From positions 4,044 through 68,043 of the forward strand of contig JAFGKA010000396.1 in the NCBI GenBank assembly GCA_016928855.1: 64,000 nt of DNA, in the 5' to 3' direction. Position numbers and translations under genes: made by a program. This document shows positions 1-9,407 of this stretch, in pieces. How positions within the stretch are numbered: position 1 is the stretch's first letter; each line of letters starts with the position of its first letter. A model generated the notes under the pieces. The model made no database searches and was not told the DNA's origin. It saw only the letters and a list, made by a program, of their open reading frames with translations. The stretch comes from Phycisphaerae bacterium (GTDB lineage Bacteria; Planctomycetota; Phycisphaerae; UBA1845; PWPN01).

Positions 1-11
1 GCTGCTCCGGT

Positions 12-1763
12 GTGCGATCAGCGCCGGCCCAATTGACAATGGTGTTGCTGGATCTCTGCGTATCAGGATCTCGCGCCAATGGGCAGTCGCTGCTAAGGCT
101 CCCGATTGGGCGAGAGACTCTTTGCGACCGTCTCAGCGGATGGGGCATACGAGCGGGTTGTGACCGCGTTATTGCGGTTCATTTGAATGGCCAGGCGACG
201 CCACCGGTGTCGCCGGTGGCATCTCCGCTTTCCGTTCCATTTCTGACGGTGGGGGAATTCAGGGACTACCTGGCGACGCTTGAACCTGCCGATTGCCTGC
301 TGATCGTCAACCCCGGCGTCTGGCCGGCCGCCGGGTATGACTTTGACAGCATCGTTCAGCATAGCCATGAGTACCGGGGGGCCGTGCATGCCATTAGCAT
401 CGGTGGTAACCCAGGCGCGTTTCGGGAGCATATTGACTGCGACGACGAGGGCCGGATTCGTCGAGTCCAGCGGCTGTACACAGTGATGAACTGGCCCGAA
501 ACAGGTGATTCGGCGATCCTGTGCTCACTGGTACCGGCCGGGGCGATTCAGGACGTCGGGCTCGACAGCCTCTCCACCTTGCGTAACGCCCTGGCGGGGG
601 CGGGCCTGTTTACCCAGGACATCCCGGTGGCCTCCGATGTATTCGATCTCCGCTCGCACGAGGGTGTGCTTGCCGTAAACGACGTGATCACTCAAGCCGA
701 TGCCGCGGAGGCTCCGCCGCGGGGCTGGTCGCGGCGGGCCAAGGGTGTGCTGGTCGGGGCGAATTGCCAGATTCATCCTTCCTGCCGGTTCGTTCCGCCG
801 GTCGTGATTCATCCGGGAGTACATATTCATTCCGGTGTGTCCATCATTGGGCCGTCCGTTGTCGGAGCGAACTGCCTGATCCACCATGACGCGTTCATCT
901 CGCATGTGGTGCTTGCGGCTGGTACCACGGTTTCCGGCGGCGCCGTGGTGACGCGACAGGTTGGCGGGGGCAGGCTCCTGGCGGGCAACGGCCGCAAGGC
1001 AGGCAGCGCTCGATCGACGCCTTCGGCACAGACGGAGGTCGAGGACGGAGGTCGGCAGGCCTTCTCCCGGCTGCATGGACGCAAGCGCATGCAGTTCGCC
1101 GTTAAACGGTTGCTGGATGTGCTTGTTTCCGGCGTAGCGTTGGTGCTGCTGGCTCCTCTCTTTCTGGTCGTGGCCGTGCTCATCAAACGATCATCTCCCG
1201 GTCCGGTGTTGTTCGCCCATCGCCGTGAGCAGCGAGGCGAGCGGGGCGACTTTCCATGCTTGAAGTTCCGTACCATGGTCAACGATGCTCACCAGCAGCA
1301 ACGAGAAATGTATCGGCTGAACCAGGTCGACGGACCACAGTTCAAGCTCGACTCCGATCCGCGCATCACCCGGCTGGGACAGTTTCTGCGAACCACGAAT
1401 ATTGATGAACTGCCGCAACTGATCAACGTGCTGTTGGGCCATATGAGCCTGGTGGGTCCGCGGCCTTCCCCGTTCCGCGAGAACCAGATCTGCGTTCCCT
1501 GGCGCCGAGAGCGCCTATCGGTGCGACCGGGCATCACCGGGCTCTGGCAGCTTTGCCGCACCGGCCGCCATTCGGGCGATTTCCACCAGTGGATCTACTA
1601 CGACATGGCGTATGTCCGGCATTTTTCGCTATGGCTCGACCTCAAGATCCTGGTGCTGACCGTGCTGACCCTGGGCGGCCGCCGGCGTGTGGCCCTCTCA
1701 CGATTCATTGCCATCAAGCAGGGACGAATTGACAACACGGAATGCCTGGTGTCCACTGCTTGA
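12..1763 (+). CDS. Polyprenyl-phosphate sugar phosphotransferase (Bac_transf, WbaP/EpsB type) fused to an N-terminal nucleotidyltransferase-like plus left-handed beta-helix-like region
   Basis: The C-terminal ~200 aa carry the bacterial sugar transferase signature: [28 protein letters not shown] (TM), [64 protein letters not shown]. Hexapeptide-like repeats occur around [39 protein letters not shown]. The ORF opens with GTG 11 nt from the window edge, so the true start may lie upstream. Confidence 0.85.
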   Translation: MRSAPAQLTMVLLDLCVSGSRANGQSLLRLPIGRETLCDRLSGWGIRAGCDRVIAVHLNGQATPPVSPVASPLSVPFLTVGEFRDYLATLEPADCLLIVNPGVWPAAGYDFDSIVQHSHEYRGAVHAISIGGNPGAFREHIDCDDEGRIRRVQRLYTVMNWPETGDSAILCSLVPAGAIQDVGLDSLSTLRNALAGAGLFTQDIPVASDVFDLRSHEGVLAVNDVITQADAAEAPPRGWSRRAKGVLVGANCQIHPSCRFVPPVVIHPGVHIHSGVSIIGPSVVGANCLIHHDAFISHVVLAAGTTVSGGAVVTRQVGGGRLLAGNGRKAGSARSTPSAQTEVEDGGRQAFSRLHGRKRMQFAVKRLLDVLVSGVALVLLAPLFLVVAVLIKRSSPGPVLFAHRREQRGERGDFPCLKFRTMVNDAHQQQREMYRLNQVDGPQFKLDSDPRITRLGQFLRTTNIDELPQLINVLLGHMSLVGPRPSPFRENQICVPWRRERLSVRPGITGLWQLCRTGRHSGDFHQWIYYDMAYVRHFSLWLDLKILVLTVLTLGGRRRVALSRFIAIKQGRIDNTECLVSTA

Positions 1764-1889
1764 ACAGGTTGCCTGACGAAACCTCGATAGCGGGTGTGGA
1801 TACCGACGCAGCGCTGTTGGTGGACTACGTTCCTGGGGCAGCAATCCGGTGTTGTTCATGCGGCGTAGGGTTTTCTGGAGTCTCAACAC

Positions 1890-2351
1890 ATGCCAATGAT
1901 CGAAGATGTGTGCGTCAAGCCGCTACGGGTCATGTGTGACGAACGCGGCAGGCTCATGGAGATGCTGCGGAGCGACGACGCCCTGTTCAAGGTGTTTGGT
2001 CAAACCTATCTGACGACCGCCTATCCCGGCGTCGTGAAGGCTTGGCATTACCACCGCAAGCAGTGGGACCATTTCGTTGTGGTCATCGGTATGATGAAGG
2101 TGGTGCTGTACGACTCACGTGAGGGTTCGGTTACCAGAGGCATGGTTAACGAGTTTTTCATGGGCGTGCACAACCCGATCCTGCTGCAGATTCCGCCCTT
2201 GGTCTACCATGGATTCAAATGCATCAGCGATCACGAGGCGGTGGTGATCAACACCCCCACCGAGGTCTACCAGTACGACCAGCCCGACGAATATCGAGTG
2301 GACCCGCACACTGACGAGATTCCCTACGACTGGGCGAGGAAGGACGGCTGA
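1890..2351 (+). CDS. rmlC: dTDP-4-dehydrorhamnose 3,5-epimerase-like cupin (short RmlC family)
   Basis: 153 aa with DERGRLMEM, VKAWHYHRKQWDHFVVVIG, VLYDSR and LLQIPPLVYHGF cupin motifs. It is the first gene of a rmlC-A-B-D run, and its stop is 1 nt before the next start. Confidence 0.75.
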   Translation: MPMIEDVCVKPLRVMCDERGRLMEMLRSDDALFKVFGQTYLTTAYPGVVKAWHYHRKQWDHFVVVIGMMKVVLYDSREGSVTRGMVNEFFMGVHNPILLQIPPLVYHGFKCISDHEAVVINTPTEVYQYDQPDEYRVDPHTDEIPYDWARKDG

Positions 2352-2352
2352 C

Positions 2353-3126
2353 GTGAAAGGTGTAATCCTGGCGGGCGGACTGGGTACCCGGCTGTCACCG
2401 TTGACGCGGGTGACGAACAAGCATCTGCTGCCGGTATACGACCGGCCCATGATCTACTACCCCATCGAGTGCCTCGTCAACGCGGGCATCCGCGACATCA
2501 TGATCGTTACCGGTGGCGATCACGCCGGCGACTTCCTCAAGCTGTTGGGCAACGGTTCGGACTTCGGGCTGGACGATCTGCACTACACGTATCAGAAGGG
2601 TGAAGGCGGCATTGCCGATGCCCTTCGGTTGGCTGAACACTTTGCCGACGGCGACAAGATCATCGTCGTGCTCGGCGACAATATCATCGAAAAGAACATC
2701 CGCGCGGCTGTCGGCGGTTTCTTCACGCAGCGTCAGGGGGCCAGGATCCTGCTCAAGGAGGTCGATGACCCTCAACGGTTTGGCGTGGCGGAAATTCAGG
2801 GTAGCGCCGTAATGGGTATCGAGGAGAAGCCCGCGGAGCCCAAGTCGAACCTGGCCGTGATCGGCATCTACATGTTTGACGCGCAGGTTTTCGACATCAT
2901 CAAGACCCTCAAGCCCTCAGGGCGCGGCGAGATGGAGATTACGGACGTCAACAACGCCTACATCGCCCAGGGCACCATGACGTACGAGATACTCGACGGC
3001 TGGTGGACCGACGCCGGTACATTCGAGTCGCTTCACCGGGCGGCGAATCTGATTGCCGCAGGCGGGGCCAACCATGTGCCTGAGGATCGCCCGGCGACAT
3101 TGTTCGAGATGGGGGCATCGGCGTGA
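2353..3126 (+). CDS. rmlA: Glucose-1-phosphate thymidylyltransferase-type sugar nucleotidyltransferase (short form)
   Basis: GTG start. The N-terminal loop MKGVILAGGLGTRLSPLTRVTNKHLLPVYDRPMIYYPIE is typical of sugar-1-P nucleotidyltransferases. Operon context with rmlB/C/D. Confidence 0.8.
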   Translation: MKGVILAGGLGTRLSPLTRVTNKHLLPVYDRPMIYYPIECLVNAGIRDIMIVTGGDHAGDFLKLLGNGSDFGLDDLHYTYQKGEGGIADALRLAEHFADGDKIIVVLGDNIIEKNIRAAVGGFFTQRQGARILLKEVDDPQRFGVAEIQGSAVMGIEEKPAEPKSNLAVIGIYMFDAQVFDIIKTLKPSGRGEMEITDVNNAYIAQGTMTYEILDGWWTDAGTFESLHRAANLIAAGGANHVPEDRPATLFEMGASA

Positions 3127-4163
3127 AGACCTACCTGGTGACCGGAGCGGCCGGCTTTATCGGCAGCAATTTCGTCCGGCAACTCCTGTCTGAGGAGCCG
3201 AATGTTTGCGTGGTGGCGTTCGACGCTTTGACGTATGCGGGAAACCTCGAGAACCTGGCCGACTGTCTTGGCCACGAGCGACTGTGCTTCGTGCGCGGCA
3301 ACATCTGTGATGTCGATGCCGTGCGGGGCGCGATGTCCGACGGCGCGGATGTCATCGTGAATTTTGCCGCCGAAAGTCACGTGGACCGCAGCATCCTGGG
3401 CTGCAAAGAGTTCCTGCGGACCAATGTCGAGGGCGTGCAGGTGCTCCTGGACGAGGCCCGGGCTCGCAAGGTCGGGCTGTTCCTGCAGATTTCGACCGAC
3501 GAGGTCTATGGTTCACTGGGGCCGACCGGCCTGTTCACCGAAGAGACGCCGCTGCAGCCGCGAAGTCCCTACAGCGCCTCCAAGGCCGCCGCCGACCTGC
3601 TCGTCGCCGCGTACCAGCATACGTTCGGCATGCCGGCGATCATTACCCGCTGCTCGAACAATTACGGGCCGTTCCAGTTTCCCGAAAAGCTCATACCACT
3701 GTTTATCACGAACCTGATCGAGGGCAGGCGGGTGCCGGTCTACGGCGACGGCCTGAACGTCCGCGACTGGATTCATGTTGCCGACCACTGCCGGGGCATC
3801 CGGGCGGCCATCACCGGCGGGCGGCCGGGCGAGGTGTACAACCTCGGCGGCAACAACGAGCAAACGAACATGGCCATCACCCGCCTGCTGCTGGAGGCCC
3901 TGGGCAAGGATGATTCCAGCATCCAGTTCGTCGAAGACCGACTCGGTCACGACCGGCGCTACGCCATCGATGCCGGCAAGTCAGCCCGCGAACTGGGCTG
4001 GAAACCCTGCATCGATTTCAAGCAAGGCCTGGCCGAGACGGTGCACTGGTATCGAACCAATGAATCCTGGTGGCGCCGAATCAAAACCGGCGAATACCTC
4101 AAGTATTACGAACAGCAGTATGGCCGCGCAGCCGCCAACCGCAGGTCGGCGGTCAGCCGGTAG
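3123..4163 (+). CDS. rmlB: dTDP-glucose 4,6-dehydratase
   Basis: TGAAGFIGSNF Rossmann loop, YSASKAAADLL (YxxxK), CSNNYGPFQFPEKLIPL. The start overlaps the rmlA stop (GTGA). Confidence 0.93.
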   Translation: MKTYLVTGAAGFIGSNFVRQLLSEEPNVCVVAFDALTYAGNLENLADCLGHERLCFVRGNICDVDAVRGAMSDGADVIVNFAAESHVDRSILGCKEFLRTNVEGVQVLLDEARARKVGLFLQISTDEVYGSLGPTGLFTEETPLQPRSPYSASKAAADLLVAAYQHTFGMPAIITRCSNNYGPFQFPEKLIPLFITNLIEGRRVPVYGDGLNVRDWIHVADHCRGIRAAITGGRPGEVYNLGGNNEQTNMAITRLLLEALGKDDSSIQFVEDRLGHDRRYAIDAGKSARELGWKPCIDFKQGLAETVHWYRTNESWWRRIKTGEYLKYYEQQYGRAAANRRSAVSR

Positions 4164-4188
4164 GGGTCATTACAGCCCACAGCTTCAT

Positions 4189-5124
4189 ATGTACGATATT
4201 TGCATCACTGGTTCTGAGGGCATGCTTGGCCACGAGTTGGTCGGCCTGCTCAAGAGCGGTCTTCGGCCCGCGGCACTGGCGTCGCGCTTTGCCAAGTGGC
4301 GACGGCGGGATGGGTTCTGGGCCGATGCGGTTGACACGATTCCCATCCGGCTGACGGCCATGGATGTGGATGAGCTGGACATCACAAAACGTGACGCGGT
4401 TCGCCGCGTGCTGGGTACGTTGCGGCCGACGCTGGTCATCAACGCTGCTGCGTACACGGATGTGGACGGCTGCGAAAGTTGTGAGGCCGAAGCATCCGCG
4501 GTCAACGCGTCCGGCCCGGCCAACTTGGCCGAAGCCTGTAGGGAGTGTGATGCCTGGCTCGTACATGTCAGCACCGACTATGTCTTTGACGGAAATAGTG
4601 CTGAGCCCTATGTTCCCGAGCATCCGATTGCGCCACGGAGTGCGTACGGCCGGACCAAGGCCGCCGGCGAGGAGGCCGTCCGCCGCATTTTGCCCGATGC
4701 CCACACTATCGTGCGGAGCAGTTGGCTGTTCGGCGGGCACGGCAGAAACTTCGTCAAGACGATCCTGAGGCTTGCCGCCGAGCGGTCGGAACTGCGGGTG
4801 GTGACCGACCAGGTCGGCTGCCCCACATACGCTGCCGACCTGGCTGCCGCGTTGTCGGTTGCCGGACTGGGCGGAGTGGCCGGCACGCACCACTTCTGCA
4901 ACGTGGGCGTGTGTTCATGGAACCAGTTCGCGGCCGAGATCGTGCGCCTGTCCGGCACGACCTGCCGCATTTTGCCACAGACAACCGCGGAGTTGAACCG
5001 ACCGGCCTCTCGACCGGCCTACTCCGCGTTGAGCACCGCGTCATTCGCCGCGGCCACCGGCATCGTGCCGCGGCTCTGGCCCGAGGCGCTGTTGGAATGC
5101 CTTGAACCCATAGTTTCCAGATGA
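4189..5124 (+). CDS. rmlD: dTDP-4-dehydrorhamnose reductase
   Basis: ITGSEGMLGHEL nucleotide loop, AAYTDVDGCE, VSTDYVFDG, YGRTKAAGE. I use the in-frame ATG at 4189, because the ORF-track start at 3775 lies inside rmlB. There is an extra ~25 aa between the NAD loop and the LDIT motif compared with typical RmlD. Confidence 0.8.
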   Translation: MYDICITGSEGMLGHELVGLLKSGLRPAALASRFAKWRRRDGFWADAVDTIPIRLTAMDVDELDITKRDAVRRVLGTLRPTLVINAAAYTDVDGCESCEAEASAVNASGPANLAEACRECDAWLVHVSTDYVFDGNSAEPYVPEHPIAPRSAYGRTKAAGEEAVRRILPDAHTIVRSSWLFGGHGRNFVKTILRLAAERSELRVVTDQVGCPTYAADLAAALSVAGLGGVAGTHHFCNVGVCSWNQFAAEIVRLSGTTCRILPQTTAELNRPASRPAYSALSTASFAAATGIVPRLWPEALLECLEPIVSR

Positions 5125-5139
5125 CGCTTTTGGCGACGT

Positions 5140-6810
5140 ATGATGAGGTGACGATTTCCCCTATGAATACAGGTGACAATGAGCCTCAAGCCGCTGAAAT
5201 CCGGAGAATGCGATGGGTGAAGCACGCAAGGAGGCGTTGCGGGTCGATTTCGACAGCCAGATCAAGCTGGAATTCCACGGCGCGTCCGTTACCTCTGACG
5301 CGGGATTGGTTGCGTATCGCGAACTGGATGAGGCGCTGGAGTTGACGGCAAAGGCGGACGACCTGTTCCGTGATTCTCGGCGCGGCAAGAACACACAGCA
5401 TGAGTTGATGGGCATGTTGCGACAATCGGTGCACAGTCGGCTCGTGGGCTACGAGGATACGAACGATGCGGAACGGCTCGCGGTTGACCCGGCGATGCGT
5501 CAGGTGGTCGGCGGTTGGGCCAAGGAACAACAAGCCGCATCCACCAATCAGATGGGCCGCTTCGAGACGGAGATTCTGACGGCCAAGAGAAACCGCAAGG
5601 CGCTGATGAATCTGCCGGTGCATGTGGATTGACCGCGTTCACGAACGTTGTGCCCTGGACAAGTTGATTCTCGACCTCGACAGTTCGGTTAGCGAGACCG
5701 ACGGACGGCAGGAAGGTTCGGCGTACAACGGACATTTCGAATGTACCTGCTATCACCCCATCTTCTGCTTCAACCACCTGGGCGACCTGGAGCGTGTGTT
5801 GTTACGCAACGGGAATGTGGCCAGTGCCGCCGACTGGCATTGGGTGCTGGAGCCGGTGGTCGCCCGTTACCGCGACCTGGACATCCTCAAGTACTTCCGT
5901 GGCGACGCGGCATTCGCCATCCCGGAGCTGTATGTGTTCCTCGAAGCGGAGCGCTACCTGTATGCGATCCGGCTGAAGTCAAACGCTGTGCTGGAGCGGC
6001 ATATCCAGCACCTGTTGACACGCCCGGCGGGTCGCCCGCCGAAGAAGCCCGTGGTGCGCTATCACAACTTCATGTGCCAGGCGGGCAGTTGGGGTCGCGA
6101 GCGTCGTGTAGTGGCCAGGGTCGAATGGCACCAGGGCGAGTTGTTTCCCCGCGTCGGTTTCATCGTCACGAACCTGCCTTGGCGCAGCAAGCGGGTGACG
6201 AGGTTCTACAATCAGCGCGGCACGGCGGAGCAGTGGATCAAGGAGGGCAAGAACGCGATCAAATGGACCAAGCTCTCGTGCCACGATTTCGTGGATAACC
6301 AGGTTCACCTGCAACTGTTTGCTTTGGCGTACAACCTGGGCAACTTCTTGCGGCGACTGGCGCTGCCGAGACCCATGAAGCATTGGACGATGACGATGTT
6401 GCGGGAGAAGCTGATCAAGATCGGTGCGAAGGTCGTGGCCCATTCGCGGTATGTGTTCTTCCAGATGGCCGAGGTGGCGGTGCCGCGCAAGCTGTGCGCT
6501 GCCATCCTGGAGCGCATCCAACGACTGCGTACTGTGGCCAGCATGGTCCCGTCATGATGATCCGACAAGCCCCATCAGAATGGCTACCGTCGCGATACGT
6601 CAGGGGGATGCTCTGCGCACGGAAGGAAGAAAAGGCGTGGCTGGGGATGGTTCAGCCCTGTGGCCGCCCCCAAACGGCCTGGAATCCCGCGGCACTGCGA
6701 AAAGAGCCCGAGAAGTGGTGGGCGCAACGGGAGGGGGGCGCTGTACAATGGACGAACACGGCCTGGCGGCGTAGTCGGGCGAAGTTATCTGGGAAATATC
6801 GGTTTGATGC
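5140..6810 (+). mobile_element. IS1380-family insertion sequence (ends approximate)
   Basis: Contains the split IS1380-type transposase. The only terminal inverted match I found is weak: cgatttccc near 5152-5160 against gggaaatatcg near 6791-6801 (its reverse complement is cgatatttccc). The implied ~1.65 kb size fits the family, but the ends are not established. Confidence 0.5.
5213..6557 (+). pseudogene. IS1380-family DDE transposase split by a frameshift near 5620-5632
   Basis: Two overlapping ORFs (5213-5632 and 5622-6557) together give ~450 aa. The N-part reads LEFHGASVTSDAGLVAYRELDEAL..HSRLVGYEDTNDAERL. The C-part reads WIDRVHE..LILDLDSSVSETDGRQEGSAYNGHFECTCYHP..RGDAAF..QRGTAEQWIKEGK. 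There is no slippery motif at the junction. Confidence 0.8.
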
Positions 6811-6841
6811 TCCAAACCAACGAACGACCGTACGTGACACG

Positions 6842-7285
6842 ATGTCTGACGCTTCAGCCAAGGGACTGTTTCGGCTTCATCTACGGATCGAGCACGTTTC
6901 CTCGTCCGATTCGCCGCAGCCTTGCGCGCCGGAAACCGTGGCGTGGTGCCTTTGGGTCGCCCGATCCCCGGCCGTGTTATGGCGCACCCTTGATCATCAC
7001 CTCGTGCACGGCACGAACTGGTATCGCGTCCACAAGCTCGATGCGCCGGAGGCCATCCGGGCCGCTGTTCGCGCCGGGCCCTGTGCGTGTGGTGACGGCG
7101 TCGAACTCATCGCCGAAGTCGCGGATGCCGCTGACGCCGAGTCCTTGGCCCGCGCCACAGCCGATGCAATCGTAGATTGTGTCATGGGATGCCAACTGGG
7201 CGATGCGGACGCGCCGCACTGCACGGATGCCCCGCCTGTCCGGGTGCGCATCGTGACGGAGACATTTCCCGAAACACAGAGTTGA
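6842..7285 (+). CDS. Hypothetical protein (147 aa)
   Basis: In-frame ATG at 6842 within ORF 6383-7285, with GC-rich third codon positions. I recognise no motif. The upstream part of the ORF overlaps the IS and is disregarded. Confidence 0.3.
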   Translation: MSDASAKGLFRLHLRIEHVSSSDSPQPCAPETVAWCLWVARSPAVLWRTLDHHLVHGTNWYRVHKLDAPEAIRAAVRAGPCACGDGVELIAEVADAADAESLARATADAIVDCVMGCQLGDADAPHCTDAPPVRVRIVTETFPETQS

Positions 7286-7337
7286 CGCGGAATGACATGC
7301 ACCCACGCGTACGAAGGGCAGCCGACGCCGCCTGCAG

Positions 7338-7673
7338 TCAGCCCGCCTTCTCCTGACCGAAGAGGATCTTGATCAGCCCCACCACCCCGCGAACCGCCAG
7401 GCTGGTCAGCAGCAGAAACAGCAGCGCCGCCATACGCACCGTCAGACAGATGACGAGGTAGATGAACACCCACGTTCGCCAGTCGTCGAACCGGGTGGTG
7501 AGCGTCGCGTCGACGAGCCGCTCAGCCAGCGTGATGCAGTCTCGCAGAAGCGGCCAGACGGCCGCGAGCGACGTCGGCAGTTGGCGAGACACGCTCTCGC
7601 GGGCCATGCGGCCGAGGATATGCTGACCGAGAAAGGGGTTCACTTCCACATTGAAGACCGAGACGAAGAGCAT
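7338..7673 (-). CDS. Hypothetical small membrane protein (111 aa)
   Basis: GC3-rich codons and a hydrophobic C-terminal half (WVFIYLVICLTVRMAALLFLLLTSLAVRGVVGLI). It is divergent from the exosortase gene, and the 5' ends overlap as drawn. Confidence 0.4.
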   Translation of the reverse strand: MLFVSVFNVEVNPFLGQHILGRMARESVSRQLPTSLAAVWPLLRDCITLAERLVDATLTTRFDDWRTWVFIYLVICLTVRMAALLFLLLTSLAVRGVVGLIKILFGQEKAG

Positions 7674-8613
7674 GCGAACAGAAAGAGCCGCACCGGAGAT
7701 GCGCCCTTCCTTTTCCCTGGGGGGGGGTGGAATTGCCGTAGCCCTGGTTCTTGCCTGGAGCTATTGGCCGACGCTGGCTGATCTCTGGGCATTCTGGTCC
7801 GACAACCTCGACTACGCCTCCGGTCAGTTTGTGCCTCTAGTCGTGATCTACGTCATCTGGAGCCGGCGGGGCGAACTCGCCAAGTTGTCATGGAGCACCT
7901 GCTGGTTCGGCCTGGGGCTCTTGGTATTCGCCCAACTCGTCCGCTTCTACGGCATCTACGACATGTACGGATCGCTCGAGCGCTACTCGATGGTCCTCAG
8001 CGTCCTCGGTATCCTGTGGTTCCTGTTCGGCACCGGCTTCCTGTGGAAGTTCCGCTGGGCCATGCTGTTCCTCTTCCTGACTGTTCCGCTGCCCGGCAGG
8101 ATCCACAGTGCCGTGTCGCTCCCACTGCAGGACTTCGCCACACGTTCCGCCGTGGTCGGTCTGGAGCTGCTGGGCTTCCTCGTTGTCCGTGAGGGCAATG
8201 TTCTGCGCGTAAGCGAGGCGAGCGTCGTAGCGGTTGCCGAAGCCTGCAGCGGCTTGCGGATGCTCAATGCCTTCGCGCTGGTTTGTGTAACCCTGAGCTT
8301 CGTGGCACACCGACCCGTGTGGCAGAAGGTCGGTGTGGTCTTGTCGTGCATTCCCATCGCCGTGTTCTCCAACACCGTTCGGTTGGTGGTCACCGTGCTA
8401 CTCTTTGAACATGCCCATGGTGAACTCGCCCAGCGGTTATCTCACGATTGGGCCGGCATCGCCATGATGCCCTTCGCTGTCGCCGTAGCCATCGGCGAAT
8501 TGAAGCTTTTCGGCTGGCTGTCCGGCGCACGGCGGGTTGCGGCGGACGCCCGGAATGCGAGAAAGGCCAATCGCTCCGGCGTTCGCAAGCTGGTCGCTGT
8601 TCAACGATTGTGA
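7651..8613 (+). CDS. Exosortase (EpsH/Xrt family transpeptidase)
   Basis: Polytopic membrane protein with the family hallmarks: AEACSGLRMLNAFAL (catalytic Cys), FSNTVRLVVTVLL (Arg) and LSHDWAGIAMMPF (His). An EpsI-family gene lies immediately downstream. The start is uncertain (ATG at 7651, 7672 or 7699). Confidence 0.9.
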   Translation: MKTETKSMRTERAAPEMRPSFSLGGGGIAVALVLAWSYWPTLADLWAFWSDNLDYASGQFVPLVVIYVIWSRRGELAKLSWSTCWFGLGLLVFAQLVRFYGIYDMYGSLERYSMVLSVLGILWFLFGTGFLWKFRWAMLFLFLTVPLPGRIHSAVSLPLQDFATRSAVVGLELLGFLVVREGNVLRVSEASVVAVAEACSGLRMLNAFALVCVTLSFVAHRPVWQKVGVVLSCIPIAVFSNTVRLVVTVLLFEHAHGELAQRLSHDWAGIAMMPFAVAVAIGELKLFGWLSGARRVAADARNARKANRSGVRKLVAVQRL

Positions 8614-8623
8614 GCTGTACGCT

Positions 8624-9352
8624 ATGAGCCACAAATACAACACCCGGCTTCCGGTCTCCAATCCCCACGGCAGCCGTCTGCTTGTTCCCACGACCATCGT
8701 TCTGACCGTGCTGGTTCTGGCCGGCGCGGGGCACCGTACCTTGCTGGCCCGGATCGAGGCCGCTTTGGGGCAGGTGCATGAGCCCATCCGGCCGCTGGCT
8801 ACCGTGCCGTTGCAGTTGGGCAACTGGCACGGTGTGGATGAGCCGATCGATGAGCAAGTCCGCAGAATTGCCGGCGATGACGATGCCCTCAACCGCATTT
8901 ACCGGCGAACTGACGACGGCGGCTTGGTCGGGGTGTACGTGGGCTATATCGGCCGACCGCGCCAGTGGCTCGGCCATCGGCCGGACGTTTGCTATCGCGC
9001 CCACGGCTATGAGCCGCTGGCCCAGGAATCCGACACGCTACCGATGCCCGACGGCACTGTCGTGCCCTGTTTCATCTACGAGTTCCGTTTGCCCGCCATG
9101 GGCGGGCCCCGCCAGTTGGTGCTGGCAACGTATATCGTCAACGGCGAGTTCGTCGCCTCGCTCGACGCGGTTCGTGAAATGAACGCGCGACGGGTCGATC
9201 TTTCCGGCAGCAGGCCGACTTACCTGGCCCGCATCCAGGTGAACACCGCCGCCACCGGCGAGCGCGCACGCGATCTGCGGATTCTCCAGGACTTCGCGGC
9301 ACAGCTCCAGGGCCCCGTGCTGGAACTGCTGCCCAGGTTGGCGGAAGAATAA
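8624..9352 (+). CDS. EpsI-family exosortase-associated protein
   Basis: In-frame ATG at 8624 (MSHKYN..). N-terminal TM segment, then LGNWHGVDEPIDEQVRRIAGDDDALNRIYRR..VGVYVGYIGRPRQ..HRPDVCYRAHGYE..YIVNGEFV..YLARIQVNT, the typical EpsI-family pattern directly after an exosortase. Confidence 0.85.
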   Translation: MSHKYNTRLPVSNPHGSRLLVPTTIVLTVLVLAGAGHRTLLARIEAALGQVHEPIRPLATVPLQLGNWHGVDEPIDEQVRRIAGDDDALNRIYRRTDDGGLVGVYVGYIGRPRQWLGHRPDVCYRAHGYEPLAQESDTLPMPDGTVVPCFIYEFRLPAMGGPRQLVLATYIVNGEFVASLDAVREMNARRVDLSGSRPTYLARIQVNTAATGERARDLRILQDFAAQLQGPVLELLPRLAEE

Positions 9353-9407
9353 GAGGGGGTTCATTGCAAACCGGCGTCTTCCTCAATGTCGGTAATCCGA
9401 GAAGGGT

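Noticed and set aside
3775-4188. N-terminal 138-aa extension of the rmlD ORF
   Set aside because: It lies inside rmlB in another frame. RmlD homology starts at the ATG at 4189 (MYDICITGSEGMLG).
6383-6841. First half of ORF 6383-7285
   Set aside because: It overlaps the 3' end of the IS1380 transposase and the probable right end of the element in another frame. Only the part from the ATG at 6842 is kept, at low confidence.
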